Source: Coniocarpon cinnabarinum
Lineage: Eukaryota
Length of the DNA stretch: 64,000 nt
Assembly (NCBI GenBank): GCA_051942205.1
Contig: JAVECO010000125.1
Span: forward strand, 1-64,000
Direction of reading: 5' to 3'
Both the position numbers and the translations under genes were made by a program. Numbering within the stretch: the stretch's first letter is position 1; each line of letters begins with the position of its first letter. The notes beneath the pieces are model-generated. The model worked only from the letters and a program-made list of their open reading frames with translations. It was not told the DNA's origin and did not search any database. Positions 48,612 through 62,236 of the stretch are shown piece by piece.

Positions 48612-50473
48612 ATGACGAGTCAATCGGCCGCCGTCTTGGCTGCCTTGCTGTCCCTCACCTTCCTGCCCTTCAGTTTCACCTTCTTCTGCCGCTTTCTGGG
48701 TTGGCGCCTCCGAGAGGGCTGTCAGTCCCGACGGCAGATTATCGTTGAGCGGACGTTGCTCGAGCGAGAACAGGCCGGCAAGAAGTCCTCGAAGACTCCG
48801 TCGGAAGACGATTGGGAAAAGGTCGACCGCAGCCGGAGTCATAGCGCGACTCGTGAGGATGCAGACAACGACTTTGATGGAATAATAGGCTTCTTCCACC
48901 CTTTCTGGTAAGGCAGCAATGTTCAGAGGTGCTGTTGTATGTCTGACTTGGGCCCAGCAATGCCGGCGGTGGTGGGGAGCGTGTCCTTTGGGCCGCAGTC
49001 CGTGCAACCCAGCAGCGGTATCCGAGTGCGATTTGTGTGGTCTATACGGGAGACCACGATGTGAATAAGGCACAGATGATCAAGCGGGTCCAAGTATGCC
49101 CAATTCCCCAGCGGCATCGGCTCCCCCGGGCAGAGCTATGCTCTCGAATGACAGGCACACTGACGTGCTCTACTCACTAGGAACGTTTCAACATACCACT
49201 CGAGTCTTCGTCTCTTCACTTTCTGTACCCTACGACTCGATCCTACGTCCTCCCACAGACATGGCCCCGCTTCACACTTCTTGGTCAGTCCTTTGGCTCA
49301 CTGATCCTCGCTTACGACGCACTGTCCCTTCTCACGCCCGACATCTTCATCGACACCATGGGCTATGCCTTTGCGCTCTTCCTCTGCAAGTCCGTGCTTC
49401 CTGACGTACCCTGTGGTGCCTATGTGCACTATCCCACGATTTCAACAGACATGCTAGACTCGCTGAATGTGATCGATGTGCACGCAGGAAAGGGTGGCAT
49501 TCACGCAGGACGGGGAACGGGATGGCGGGGTCAAGCGAAGCGTGTATACTGGCGGATATTCGCAGCGTTGTACTCGTGGGCTGGCGGTCATGTGGATGTG
49601 GTCATGACCAATTCGACATGGACACAAGGACATATCACGCAGCTCTGGTCGAAAGTCCGGACACGCCGAAATCCGAATGCCACACCCATTGAGGTCGTTT
49701 TCCCACCGTGTGCCGTCGATGAGCTGGAGGATGCTGTGGAGGTGAGTGCTGCCTCTGAGGCGAGAAGGACAGAGAGTTGTGTCTACATTGCGCAGTTCCG
49801 CCCGGAGAAGAATCATCAAATGGTCCTGAGAGCGTTTGCACGACTGCTGCAAGCCCTGAAAATTCCTTCGCCCAACAGCTCACGGACTAACTCACCTTCA
49901 AAACAAACCAGCGCCAACGATGCCACGAGAACGACTGGCGAAGAATACGATAAAACCAGACATCCCCACCTCACACTCATTGGATCTGTCCGCGATAGTA
50001 CCGACGAGACATACATCTACTCCCTCCGCCTTCTCGCACACGAACTCCACATCACACATGCCGTCACTTTCCTCCTTAACGCCTCCTGGCCATCCATCCT
50101 CGACCAACTCCGAACCGCCACCATCGGTCTCAACGCCATGTGGAACGAGCACTTTGGCATTGGCGTCGTCGAGTATCAAGCCGCGGGCCTCATCTCCGTC
50201 GTGAATGACTCCGGTGGCCCCAAGCTGGACATCGCCAAGCCCATGCATGAAGACGGTGATGGAGGGACGGGCCTGACGGGGTTCCATGCGAGTGATGAGA
50301 AAGGATATGCAGACGCCTTAGAGAAGGCATTGGCCTTGCCTGAGGAGGAGAAACTGCGAATGAGAATGCGAGCACGGCGGAGTGCGAAGGGCTTTGGAGA
50401 GCGCCCTTTCGAGGAGCGGTGGTTGAGGAGTTTGAGTGAGCTTGTGAAGCTGAGATTACAGAGGCATGTATGA
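48612..50473 (+). CDS. ALG11: GDP-Man alpha-1,2-mannosyltransferase Alg11, 3 exons
   Basis: [66 protein letters not shown]. Confidence 0.95.
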
Positions 50474-50849
50474 GATACCCATGGTGTTGAAGCTCGATCA
50501 CTCGAGTATTATAGGACCAATCGATTCGACTAGACGTCGGTGACCAGACTCCGATCGCTTGAGGACCGTGGTACCATGAATTCTTTTGCGTGATTGGTGG
50601 CCTAAGCGTAGAGTCCCTATCAAGCCTGTCGAGGCCACGTCATTGACGTCGTAGTTACATAAACGGGAAGATTCGTGGGCCGGGACGAGGTCATTGACCG
50701 TGTCGACTTCTGGGTTCAAGAATACTTATATCCCCAACAACCCCCCTAGATATCAACCTCAAAGGCTGGATCCTCCAGAATGTGTTCAATTCATAGATTG
50801 GCATCCTGATAAGTAGGCTGCCGTATGAGACACCCCTACAGTTAATCCT

Positions 50850-52010
50850 TAGATCCTTTGAGTACTAGATTATCGAGAAACCCTGCAAGAATGTGGTAAG
50901 GCCTGTGGTAAGACCTGGGACGTTGCCCATGAAGGTCTCAAAGTCCGATTGAACGATATGCTGAATGTATTGTAGCAGCAGACGCACGAAACGTAAGTTT
51001 CCAAGTGAATCCTTGGCTTACTAGAGAGTACCAGGGCACTGAAAAAGTCTACGAGAATGTGGCAAAACGAGGGGTAGCCACGGTGAAACTTTCAATGGTC
51101 ACGAGAACAACGTTATGTTTCCGCTGCTGCATAAGACACCCACGAGATAAGTCCTCAGCGTGAATGATCGGATTACTGGAGTATGACGGCACCTGGGAAG
51201 TCTGCGAGATTGTGGCAAATCATGAGGATATCCGCGTGAAGTCTTCCAAGCTTATGACGCTGACTTCGTGGTCCTGCTCCTGTATCAGACATCCATGGCG
51301 TGAATTCTTAGCTTGAAATCCAGGACTGTCTCAGTAGCAGCGCACTGGAAAAGTCTGCGAGATCGTAGCAAAAGAACGGAGGGTCTCGGTAAAGTCTTAC
51401 AAGCTTACGACAACGACATTGAAGTTCTAAGGTTGTGCAAAACGCCAATATCGCTCACTCAGATTACTGGAGTAGTACGGACCTGAAAAAGCAGGCGAGC
51501 ATGCGGTAAATCGCGGGCAAGCCGCCCTAAAGCTTCAAAAGTTCATGACAGCGACCGTATACCTCTGCTGCTGTATAAGACGCTTATGTCATAGGAAAAT
51601 CAGATTACTGGAATAAGATAGAGCTGGGAACGTCTACGAGAATGGGGCAAAAGAATAGGGAGTCCTCATGAAGTCTTTCAAGCTCATGACATTGACGTGA
51701 TGGGCTGGCTGCTTCACAAGGCATCCACACTTGTGGATTATCAAGCCGTTTGAGTACTAGAGCCGCAGGGACTGCTTCGAAAATGTGGCAATACAGTGGG
51801 GAGTGCCTATTAAGTTCCTACAATACAGGATAATAACGATATCTTTGTGCTGATGAATGAGACCTTTACAATACTTGATCCTGGATTGTTTGAGTCCTAC
51901 AGGACCAATCAATGCTTCGAGAAAGTGCTGCTATAGCGGGGAGTCACTCTCAAGTCCGCAAGAAACGAGACAACCACGTTATGGTTGCGCGGATGTACGG
52001 GACTTTTTAC
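50850..52010. repeat. Degenerate tandem array, about 8 units of 138-166 bp
   Basis: Recurrent blocks GATTACTGGAGTA / AAGTCTRCGAGAATGTGGCAAA / AAGTCTTNCAAGCTYATGAC / CTGCTGTATAAGAC; anchors at 50883, 51049, 51202, 51355, 51493, 51634, 51775, 51915. Confidence 0.85.
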
Positions 52011-53138
52011 CTTGTTCAAAACTTGAATCTCTAGAGGAATATAGAGCCAAAATATTCTTCCATAAACTAGCAACACAACGCGATATTCCTATAAAGTCTG
52101 CAAACTCCACGGCAATAACGTTGCAGTTACGCTGGACCTCTCATTGGCCAGGAGCTGAAGCAGGTCGATGAAACAGTATATAGACGAGATGCAATTGCTT
52201 GATTTGCCATCTTTCTGCGTATATAGCCTCCCAACCAATGAGACAGTTGCAAGGAGGTTCAGTATGCGGAATGATAGGTGAAGGAGACGCCTGTCAAAAG
52301 CCCGATTCACGCCTGTTCGCCTACAGCTCCGCGCAAGGCTATGCAATCAATGTACTCCGTGCATACTGCTTCAGCTTCTCGGAGAGGGCATTGGAGACTC
52401 TTCATGCACGTTTCAACGGTGTAGCCAATCATTATTGCCGGTACCTGATCATATGATCGTGTAGGTAGCTGAATCTCGATTTCACCACGATGATGATCAT
52501 CTTTGACATCTTTCAAGCCCTTCAAAAGCTTCTTCTACGCATCATAGCTGCATTTCAAGGCTTCTCCTCGCATAAAACTCCAATAATTTCACGAAACACC
52601 GACGCAGTGACTTGTCTAAGGCTTGTAAACGTTAGCGCACGTCCTATTCGACCACATTGCTCTTCAACCACAATTATGGGCAGTGAATTGAGCAATGTTG
52701 ACCGCAGTGATGCGATGATAAGAGGAAAGGAAAGGAAAAGCAGACGAAAGCCATGACTAGCTTGCCGTCTAACGCTTTAACAGGCCTACCTCGCGTCCTC
52801 TGAATTTGCATTGAGGCGCTTTTTGGTGGCAAAAACGCTCAATATGCTGTTGATAGACCATACGAAGATGTGCTTCAAGATCATGCGTGCGCGCGAGCTG
52901 TCTGTGAGGATGTGTAGCTGTCTATGTCTGCAAAGATGTCCAAAAGGCCGGACGGTCGGGGAGGCAACCCCCTCCTTCAAGGTGATAGAATCTGCTTGGT
53001 GCGGGTTTTACGGGAAATTAACATGGCGTACACCTCTTGAGAGTGAGAGGCAGAAATCCGCTCGCCCACCTTAAAGCAGCCCACAACAATTTTCACCTTC
53101 GCCTCTACCTCAATCACGCCCATTGTCAACTCCTCGCC

Positions 53139-54369
53139 ATGGCGGCCGAGGACGTGCAACTCACGCCGCTCAATGAGATCCGGGCACCGCCGCCAACCTG
53201 GAGAGCCGCAGCAAGAATCCTCCTGGATGCCGGCCTCACTACTGACGACGTGGTTTCCTTGTTTGAAGCCACCAAGCACAACAAGTACCACCAGCGGCGT
53301 GAAGACGCCACACGCTTGCTGTTCAATCACAACTACTCAAGAGGGCAGATTGAGGAGTTGTTGGGCCACAGGGCCGGCGCTGTTGTGATGGAGCGAACCT
53401 CCAACAGTGTCCCTGCGGTAAATCTGAACAAAGATTTACCGCCGCTGCCAGTCAAGTAAGCAAACCTCCCCTTCCTACAGCTTAATGGCATAAGCGGCAT
53501 GGTACAGGCCGTGATATTCCAGAAAGCTGAGCTTTTAACACCGAGAATGTCATTGCTGACCCTGTTTCCTTAGTGACGAAGACGACCTCGAAGCCGTGAG
53601 GGCACGCTGGGGACACAGAGCCCCGAAACGCACTAACTTGACAGTGTTTCCGACCATATCGGAGAGAGACCTGCCATTGAAAGTGGACCCGCCACTTAAA
53701 AAAGGCCCCCAAGTTGCCACCGAGCAACGTCCTCCTCCAACAGCGCAACGCAAGGCAGGCCACAGCCTTGTGAAAGCAGCATCGCAGTTCTTCAGCCGAA
53801 AGGCGAAGACGTCAGAGCCAGCAAAAGGCGTCGAGACCAACGACGACCTCGCCGAGGATCCACAGGACCCGGCCATGACGTTCGAACTGCCAGATTTTCG
53901 CCTATCACTGGCGAATCCTCTCGTAACTGGACCGATGGGTGGCAGCATGGGACCAAAAGTCCCAGCAAAGCACAACATCAGGGCTCTGAAGAAGCCCTGG
54001 GACCCATCAAAGGCTTCTGCGTCGGGGAAGACCAGTGAAGACGCAACGGCAACGGAGTCGACTGGAGCAGCCACGACCAAGAGCCCAGGCCAGGTCAGTG
54101 GCGCAGAAGAAATGTCAGCAGAACCGCAAAAGCCTCAACAAGTGGCTTTTGATGACAATGAACCACGATCACGCTGGTCTGCAGACACCGAGTCGCTATT
54201 GGCTGAGCGACCGAGGACTTTCTTTGGGTCGGTGGCAAGGAAATTTCGCGTCGATGTCAAGAAAGCTCCAAGAAAGTCGAAAAGTACGCCGAATTTTGCT
54301 ATTAAACGCGCTGTCGACACAGAACCTTCCTCGTTTTTGCCAGCTGCAAATCTCCTGGATCCTCAGTAG
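53139..54369 (+). CDS. Hypothetical protein, 2 exons
   Basis: GCCATGG start; intron 53456-53573 (GTAAGC..GCTGAC..TAG) joins two ORFs in frame; NKDLPPLP motif. Confidence 0.65.
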
Positions 54370-55381
54370 AGATGGAACTGCACAAATATGACGACATCCT
54401 CGACCATCGTCCCGAGACTTCCAAGCAGCCATGGTATATTTGTTATCACGTATTGTCGATCCAAGGAATGAGCCAGAATACCAGCCCCATAAGTGAGATT
54501 CCCAAGGAGCGACAAAAGAAAGAACAAAAGAGAGAGACCCTCGCATGATTTTTCACGATAATTTTTGATGATTTGAGGGATTCGAGCTCCTAAGTAGAGG
54601 ATTGCACTCAGATACCCAAGCAGCTCTGCACCCAAAGGAGTCTCTTCCTCGTCTCCAGCAATGTCCTCCGGCGCCGGGATCGGCATCCATAATTTCGACT
54701 TGTAACATATGAGCCACGCAAGAGTGCCAACCACACAAACACCCAGAATACATCCAGCGTTCACCAAGGTCGCCTGCAGGGTGTTCCTCCGCTTCCGAAG
54801 ATGTGGCTCGCCAGCTGCCGAGTCACCCAGATTTCCATTCGAATTTCCTCTTGAACGCCTGTGCGATCCAGGAACACCTATTGATGAATATGAACGACGA
54901 CTGTCCTGCCTGGAAAGAAGTGGCTGCTCCGGGCTTTGATTATCCAGACTCGCACCATCTCCTTGATCAGAATATCGCCTGGGGAAGATATCATCCGGAC
55001 TTCCATCCTCGTCCAGAATCTCGCCGGCTTCCTTGCCTTCTCCAGCCCAGTACCGATAATAGAAGCATTGCAAAATCAATATTGAGTCGCTCAGACAGAA
55101 GTATAGGGCCAGAACAATAACGGTGGGAACCAGACCAGCCCAGACGCCGCCGACCAGGTTGAATACATCACCGAGAGCCCATATGAACAAGAAGAGAAGA
55201 GAGACACCGTCTCCAGACTGATTGCAATAATTCTCGTACAGTTGAGGAATCTGCAGAAACGCATTAGCATGGATGACCTCGAGAGCTGGGCAAGATTGTG
55301 AATCACAAGAAGGAAGACCCAAGATGCTAGTGAGATAGAGCCAAAGATGCCACTCAAGGCTTCATGAATCGTCAGCTCCAT
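54363..55381 (-). CDS. PQ-loop vacuolar amino acid transporter (Ypq1/PQLC2-like), 2 exons
   Basis: EALSGIFGSISLASWVFLL|IPQLYENY and ARIPQIIKNY PQ motifs; PWLLGSLGTMVED. Confidence 0.92.
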
Positions 55382-55705
55382 GTATTGCCTTTGCCTGAAA
55401 TGTTTGCCCACTGTGCTTGTAACCCGTCACCCCGTGAGACTTCGACGCTGGGCCGGAAAAGTTCGCCCCCGCGTCGTCCTGCACACACGCTTGTACAAAC
55501 TAGGTCAGACGTCAACCTCGCTACCTTGATTTGCCCAGCGTCGAACACCAGCAAGTCGCCTCGTCGCCACGGCGCGCTTTGCTCCAACTTGACGAGCTAT
55601 GCTTGCAACGGCCTTCCCATCAGCTATTTCCTGTCGTAGCGGCTTGCAGCGTCTTCTCCCACCTTGAGCCCGTCGTAGGCATTACGAGAGGCGCACTTCC
55701 CCGCC

Positions 55706-58309
55706 ATGGCCGCCTCGTGAGTTGGGCAATTTGTTGGTCTCATTGAAAGCGTGTTGATGTACTCTCACAGAAACATCTTGAACCTGGACTTCCGTCGCAC
55801 CCACGCGGTTTCGCTGTCCGCAGCAATCAAGCAGTACATCTCGACCAAGTATGACCAGCACCCGGACATGTTTACTGCCGATTTTGAGACAATTGAAAAG
55901 TTGAGAACCGACGCCGTGACCGTGCTGGAGCCACACAACAGTGGCATTCGACGGGTGCAGCTTTACGTTGCTCAGCTTGTTTGGCTGACTACAAAGTTCC
56001 CCATCGACATTGGAGCGGACTTCACTTGGTACTCCTCCTTGGGCTACCAGAACAACACCGCGTTTTCTCAGAACAATCTCAAGTTCGAATTGGCGAACAT
56101 CATCTTCAATCAGGGCGTCCTGTACTGCCAAATTGCTGCTACATCCAATCGATCAACCGCAGATGGGCTGAAAACTGCAGCGAATTTCTTTTGTCTTTCA
56201 GCCGGGGTGTGGTCACACTTGCAGAATGAAATTATACCAGGCATGCAGTCAACAGCGCCTGACGACATGGATCCAGCAACGTTGGAGTGCCTCCAGCAGC
56301 TCATGCTCGCTCAAGCTCAGGAATGCTTCTGGCAGAAGGCCGTGAAAGATAATATGAAGGATGGTATTATTGCGAAGCTGGCTGCAAAAGTGACTGATCT
56401 ATATCAAGTGGCGGCAGACTGGGGGGTCAAGTCAGAAACAATCAGCTCAGAATGGATTCACCACATGTCCGCAAAGCACCACCACTTCGCCGCCGCTGCA
56501 CAGTTTCGGGCTGCGTGCGACTGTCTGGAGAGGCGCAAGTACGGCGAGGAAATTGCTCGTCTGCGAGACAGTCTAACATGCGCGGGTGAAGGATTGAAAG
56601 AAGCCAGGTATATCAGCAAGTCGGTCAGTGGTGACTTGAATGGATTGAAGATGAAGGTTCAAGATGACCTCAAGCGGGCTGAGAAAGACAACGATGTGAT
56701 TTACCTGCAGCCAGTGCCGACCAAGACAGAATTGCAGACCCTGGAAAGAGCAAGCATGGTCAAGCCCAATATCACCAAAGGCTTAGCTGAACCTGTTGCG
56801 CAGATGGGGGAGAATGGTCCACTGGGAAAGCCGCTATTTGCGAAGTTGGTCCCTTACTCGGTGCACATAGCAGCAAGCATCTATGAGAACCGTCGTGACC
56901 AGAAAGTGAACGGCATACTGCAGGAGCTTGAAATGCTGAACGCTAGCATTCATGACACCTTGAAATCACTGAATCTACCAGGGTCTCTGCAAGCTCTCGA
57001 GAAACCACTTGGGCTACCTCCAGGTATTGTCTCACACGCAGAAGAGATACGGCAACAAAATGGTCTTCATCGCCTAAGCAGGACCCTGGACGACATCGAC
57101 AAGCTTCGTAGCAGTGACAAGTCTACTTTCCAAGAGGGCAAGAACATCTTACAGGTTGAAGCCGCAGAGGACAATGCAGCCCGCAAGAAGTACGGAACAG
57201 ATCGATGGGCTCGGTCTGACTCACACCAGGCTGCGAACCACCTTTATGGGCAGGCTACGGATATTGAAGGGTATTTCAAGGCTGCAGAGTCTAGCGATTC
57301 AACAGTCAGGGAGAAGATGCAGGCCAATGAAGCACTTATTCGACTTCTGAATGGAACTGATCGTGACCTAGAAGATTTTGTACCAAGCAGCAAGCGTGTC
57401 AAGCTCAACGTCCAGACCGAGAAAGACATTACTCGTGTGCGCGACGGCCTGAACCGATTGAGTAGATTACAAACTCGTCGTAAGCAAAAGGTGGAATCGC
57501 TGCGGTCAAAGGCACAAGCCGATGATGTGAATCCGGAGTTGATCAAGGAGGCGTCACGATTGGAGTGCCAGAATCCCATGGAACGTTTGGAGGCGGTTCA
57601 ATTTGAAGACTTCTTCGACCAAAGACTGGAGCGATACAATGTGGATAAAAAGCTTCCTCGTGAAGAACAGCAAGAGCAGCAAGATCTACTTTCTCAACTC
57701 AAGGAAGCAAACGCTGCCTTTGTCGCCGCGAAAAGTGGAGACATGTCAACCAAAGATCGTGAACAGGCCTTGCAACGATTGGACAATGCTTATTTCGCCT
57801 TTAAAGAGATCATTCAGAACCTCGACGTCGGCCGCAAGTTTTATAACGACCTCGCTCCAATCGCCGCCAAATTCCGCGATGACTGTCGGACATTTGGGTA
57901 CTCGAGACGCGCCGAGGCCACCCAGCTTGAAAGCGATATCGTCAACGCCCTACCCATGTCGAGCCTTCATATGCAGGCGTCGCCTCCTCCAACAGAGCTT
58001 TCACCGCAACGACAGCCCCGCACACACACCGGGAATCAACAGCATGCCTACGTTGACCGCCCACCACCGCGTGAGGCACCTCTTACAGCACCGAAGCCTG
58101 TAAAACCGTCCAATCCTATTGCCATGCACGAAACACCCCCTGAGGAAGATGCTGTGGACGGGCCCGATCCCTCAGGCGTTGGAATCTGGTCCCCGGAGAA
58201 GGGTATCAAGTTTGGACGAGACCAGCCTTCCGGAACGAAAACTAATGGTGCAGCAGGGCCAGGGACTGATGGACGCTGGGATCCGAGCCGTGGGATGAGG
58301 TTTGGCTAG
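55706..58309 (+). CDS. palA: Bro1-domain pH signalling protein PalA/Rim20, 2 exons
   Basis: MAAS|NILNLDFRRT, LMLAQAQECFWQKA, AEKDNDVIY, NLPGSLQALEKPLGLP, Pro-rich tail with W..GIKFG / WDPSRGMRFG. Confidence 0.92.
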
Positions 58310-58569
58310 GTTGCTGTGTGGTCACCAGCCTGACGGGTGGTTGCATGAAAACGAGATGATGACTCCGTGGGCGTGACGGAGGTATGACATTACGTCAGAA
58401 GTAGATCGAGTGCTGGTGATAGCCCAAGCGCAGAGCACTGCATACGTATTGCAAAGGGGACTCTCGAGTCCTGCCCCAAGTAGATACCTACTCTACGTGG
58501 GTACATACCTACCGTACCCCCCGGGCCCGTCTGCCTGGCGGACTACAGCCTGGGGTGGCTGAGCGGCAC

Positions 58570-58578
58570 CACAGCCTC
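58570..58578. promoter_or_regulatory. Putative Crz1 binding element (CACAGCCTC / GAGGCTGTG) upstream of CRZ1
   Basis: Matches the GAGGCTG-type calcineurin-dependent response element; short motif, so it may occur by chance. Confidence 0.4.
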
Positions 58579-59426
58579 AATGGTTCGACCCACTCTGCCG
58601 CGCTCCCCTACCGCGTGAATCCTTTGAAGACGATGCTATTCCGACGTCGCAATCTCGTTCCCAGAGCATATTTACACGCTCGTGCTCACGATCTCCTCGA
58701 TGGCCAACTGTCTGTTCAAAATTCAATCCCCAGCGACGAACATGAACGCCTGCGCGGTCCAAAGTAGCCTGGACTCACTCCGAACCTGAACGGCGCGCGC
58801 TCCCATTGGGTCACCACGGACGCTAAGCCTCTCGAGGCCAAGTCGCTGGGTATACCGGTACTTGCCTTTTCAGGCAGCTTCCCGCGCGAGTGTGACAGGT
58901 AAGGTACCGTACCACATCTACCTGCTCACACGTGAGTTTGCCTACGCAATCATCATCGACGAACAACCATCCTCCACGAAAGCGCCGCATACCTCTCGGT
59001 TTCGCCTGCAGAATCGAACTTGTCGCCCGGCGCCCGAGCGTCACCGCAGCGTATCAAATAGCTGTCCTCGTAACCCGCGCACGAGCCTTCCCACCCTTCT
59101 CTCTTCGAGAAGCGGCCCCATCCGTCACCGCAGACTAGAGCCGCGCTTCTACCCAGCTCTCGGCTGACGGCCCATCCTCTCGCGCCTCTCTCAAGCGGCC
59201 ATCGCCAAAGCCATCTCCGACTTGAAACAGCCAGCACTCATTATATCGCTCACCTTCGCATGCGGTTCCATACCTGAATTCTGCGCTTGGCCCGCACGAC
59301 TCGTTCTTTTTCCCCGCCTCAACTCTGCGCCGCAACGCTCATTTTTGACGTCGCCAGCCCATACTGTCCAGAGACTGGCGCGCCTCTTCTTATCATCGTC
59401 CGCATTCCAAGTCACCGTGTGCCATC

Positions 59427-61734
59427 ATGGACAATCTACAGCGCGGACGATCTCCCTCAGCGGGACATCAAGGCACCGCTTTAAATAGATCACGTTCGCC
59501 CTCGGCGCAAGCAGGCTTCAATAACCAGGCGACTGCGCATGGCGCAGATCCTACACTTCTTCCTTCCACTACATCGTGTAGTCAGAATATTCCTGGCCAA
59601 ACTCAAACGTTCACCGACTCGAGCTTCCTTGGTCCAGACTTCTCCGCGTCTTTCGCGCAACAGATAGACCCACCGCAGCCTTCATACAATCACACTCCAC
59701 TCAATGCGCAAGATCCCAGCTTTTCGACAGCTTTCAGAGACCAGCAAGGAATAAGTCCGCATAGCGATTACTCCACCAACGTCAACCCCCAATTCCTTGA
59801 TACCAACCACATGAACGGCGCTCAAGGCATGCCTGATTTTTTCTCCCAAAATCCCAGCCCACATTCACAAACAGAAGACGACGGCCTCCTCAAGGACATG
59901 CAGACTTCTTTCAATACCATTCATAATCCTCACATGACCCAGCCATATACTGGAGGTGTCTCTCCATTGCAAGATCAATCACATAACATGACGCACGGAT
60001 ACCATTCTCGTGGCAATTCTCTGAGTCCATCGAGTGCCGCAATGCCGTCGGGTCAAGCTGTACGCGAATGGGGTGGAATCGCTTTTCAGACACATCGCCG
60101 TGATCGATCAGCCGATGCCTTTTCTGAGCTATCCTCGCATCACTCACCTTTTGTCGATGCCGTAGAGACGTTTGAAGATTCCAGCGGAATATCTCCAAAT
60201 CTCAATGGTCAAGCAGACCCCTCATTTGTCAATGACTCTCTGAACGGACTGGGCGACTTTTCAATTTCGGAACATAACATTCCTCACTCCCAACACCCCA
60301 GTCCTGGGCATAGCAATCACGTCTCGCCGCACATGTCACCTCAGCCCGGAGTCTCATTTGATGGCACTGAGCCGTTCAGTGTCCTCGCCGGTGATCCCGG
60401 ACCGCAAATGTTTGACGCCACAGCTCCTGGGATGGAAGAATTTCCTAATGACCTGCAAATTAATGCAGGCGGTTTCGAGGGGACAGTGAACAACGACATG
60501 CCTCAGATTAATATCCAATTCGCCGAATCTCGTCAGCCAACTTTCAATGAACCTAATTTCAAACAAGAGCAGGGTGGCGACGCGTTGATCCCACCTTCAC
60601 GAAGTAAGTTGATACTGAGTATGAATCCATCCAATCACTGACTGACAGCATCAAGCACCAAGTCGACGCGGCAGAGCCATCTCAGATCCATATGCAACTT
60701 CTGGGATAGCACGGTCGTCGTCACCAGCGCGCGCACGGTCTCCATCATTGGGATTACATCCTGGCACTGCAAGCGCGCGCGCATCTCGTTCTCCTTCACC
60801 TTCCGGACCTGCCAATGGCATTCAGAAGCCACGTGATCGCGCGGCATCAACGCCTTCGATTCCCGCTCGTGAATACATGCTGGGACTCGCGGATCCAGAT
60901 CGCCAGCCGACTCCGTCCTCAAATTCTTCAGCCAGTGGCGTCGCTTCGTCGGGTGGGGAGAACGGCCGTGGTCGCGGTCAAAAGCATCCGGCGACTTTTC
61001 AATGCACGTTATGTCCGAAACGCTTTACCCGCGCATACAATCTGCGCTCTCACCTCCGCACACATACAGATGAACGTCCATTTGTTTGCACTGTGTGTGG
61101 GAAAGCGTTCGCACGTCAACATGACCGCAAGCGGCACGAAGGCCTGCATTCTGGAGAGAAGAAATTCGTGTGCAAGGGCAATCTAAGTAGCGGTGTGCCG
61201 TGGGGATGTGGGCGACGATTCGCTCGAGCCGATGCTTTAGGTCGGCATTTCAGAAGCGAGGCGGGACGCGCTTGTATCAAGCCGCTGCTTGAGGAAGAAG
61301 CGAGAGAACGACGTGCGGCAGCTATGGAGCAAGCGAATCAAGATGTCATGCACCAGCAGCAACAAGCAGGTATGCAGGTGCCGACAGCGCAGATGGAATA
61401 TCCGGCGAACAATGGTCCTGTGGATGTGTCGGGCATGACTTTACCAGCAGCACTTCTGGCTCAATATCCGGCGCTGGCAGGCATCCAGTGGGATGCTATG
61501 CCTCCCGCAGGTCAGGGTGGCTTGGACCTTGACGACGGTGACTTTGACAACTTTGATGCCAGTGGGCGTAGTAGCTACGACCCGAGTAGTGGCGGTGAGC
61601 TGGAGTTTGAAGACGACGTGGCGTTTGATCCGTCTGTCATGGGCGGCACGCACGCCTCAAATCATCCGGGGATGAATCAGCCCATGGCCCAGACGTCCCA
61701 AATGGGACAGCAGGGTCAACATTGGGGATACTGA
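59427..61734 (+). CDS. CRZ1: Calcineurin-responsive C2H2 transcription factor Crz1/CrzA, 2 exons
   Basis: [65 protein letters not shown]; PxIxIT-like PQINIQ at 60501-60518; intron 60605-60655. Confidence 0.95.
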
Positions 61735-62236
61735 GATGTTGTGAGCGATGCAGAGCGTAGACAGGCCATGAGCCTTGCACTTTTGTATGATGATGTGATA
61801 CCACTGTCATAGATTTCTGACTATAACGTTTGCCAAATGACGATTACCTTCTCGTGACTGAGTCTCCGCATCCTCTCAAATACTTGGTCTGCAAATTAGC
61901 TGGCCCAATTGGTCGCAGTACAAATTACAGACTGGCTGTCTCAAATGGCTGAAGTTGGTCGCTAGATGCAAGCAGACGATGCGAAAGAAGGTTCAGGTAC
62001 AATGTAAAGATGGGAAACAAGATGACGACCATTTTAGCCCCAATCTGGAAACGTCTGAATGGCTCCCCGTGGGTACCTGTGTATGTTCGACGACCTGAAA
62101 GAACCGCATTTACCCTCGCATCTCCAAGTCCACGTCGAAGAGTAGCTTACCTTTCTTTTAATTCCCTTCCTGTCCAAAAACGCCCGGACTCTTCTAGTCG
62201 CTCGCTCGCTCCATTCTTACGCAATGTGCTGCAGAA

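Noticed and set aside
58548..58600. tRNA-like A box (TGGCTGAGCGG) and B box (GGTTCGACCC)
   Set aside because: Only about 15 nt between the boxes and no T-stem or acceptor-stem pairing, so it cannot form a cloverleaf
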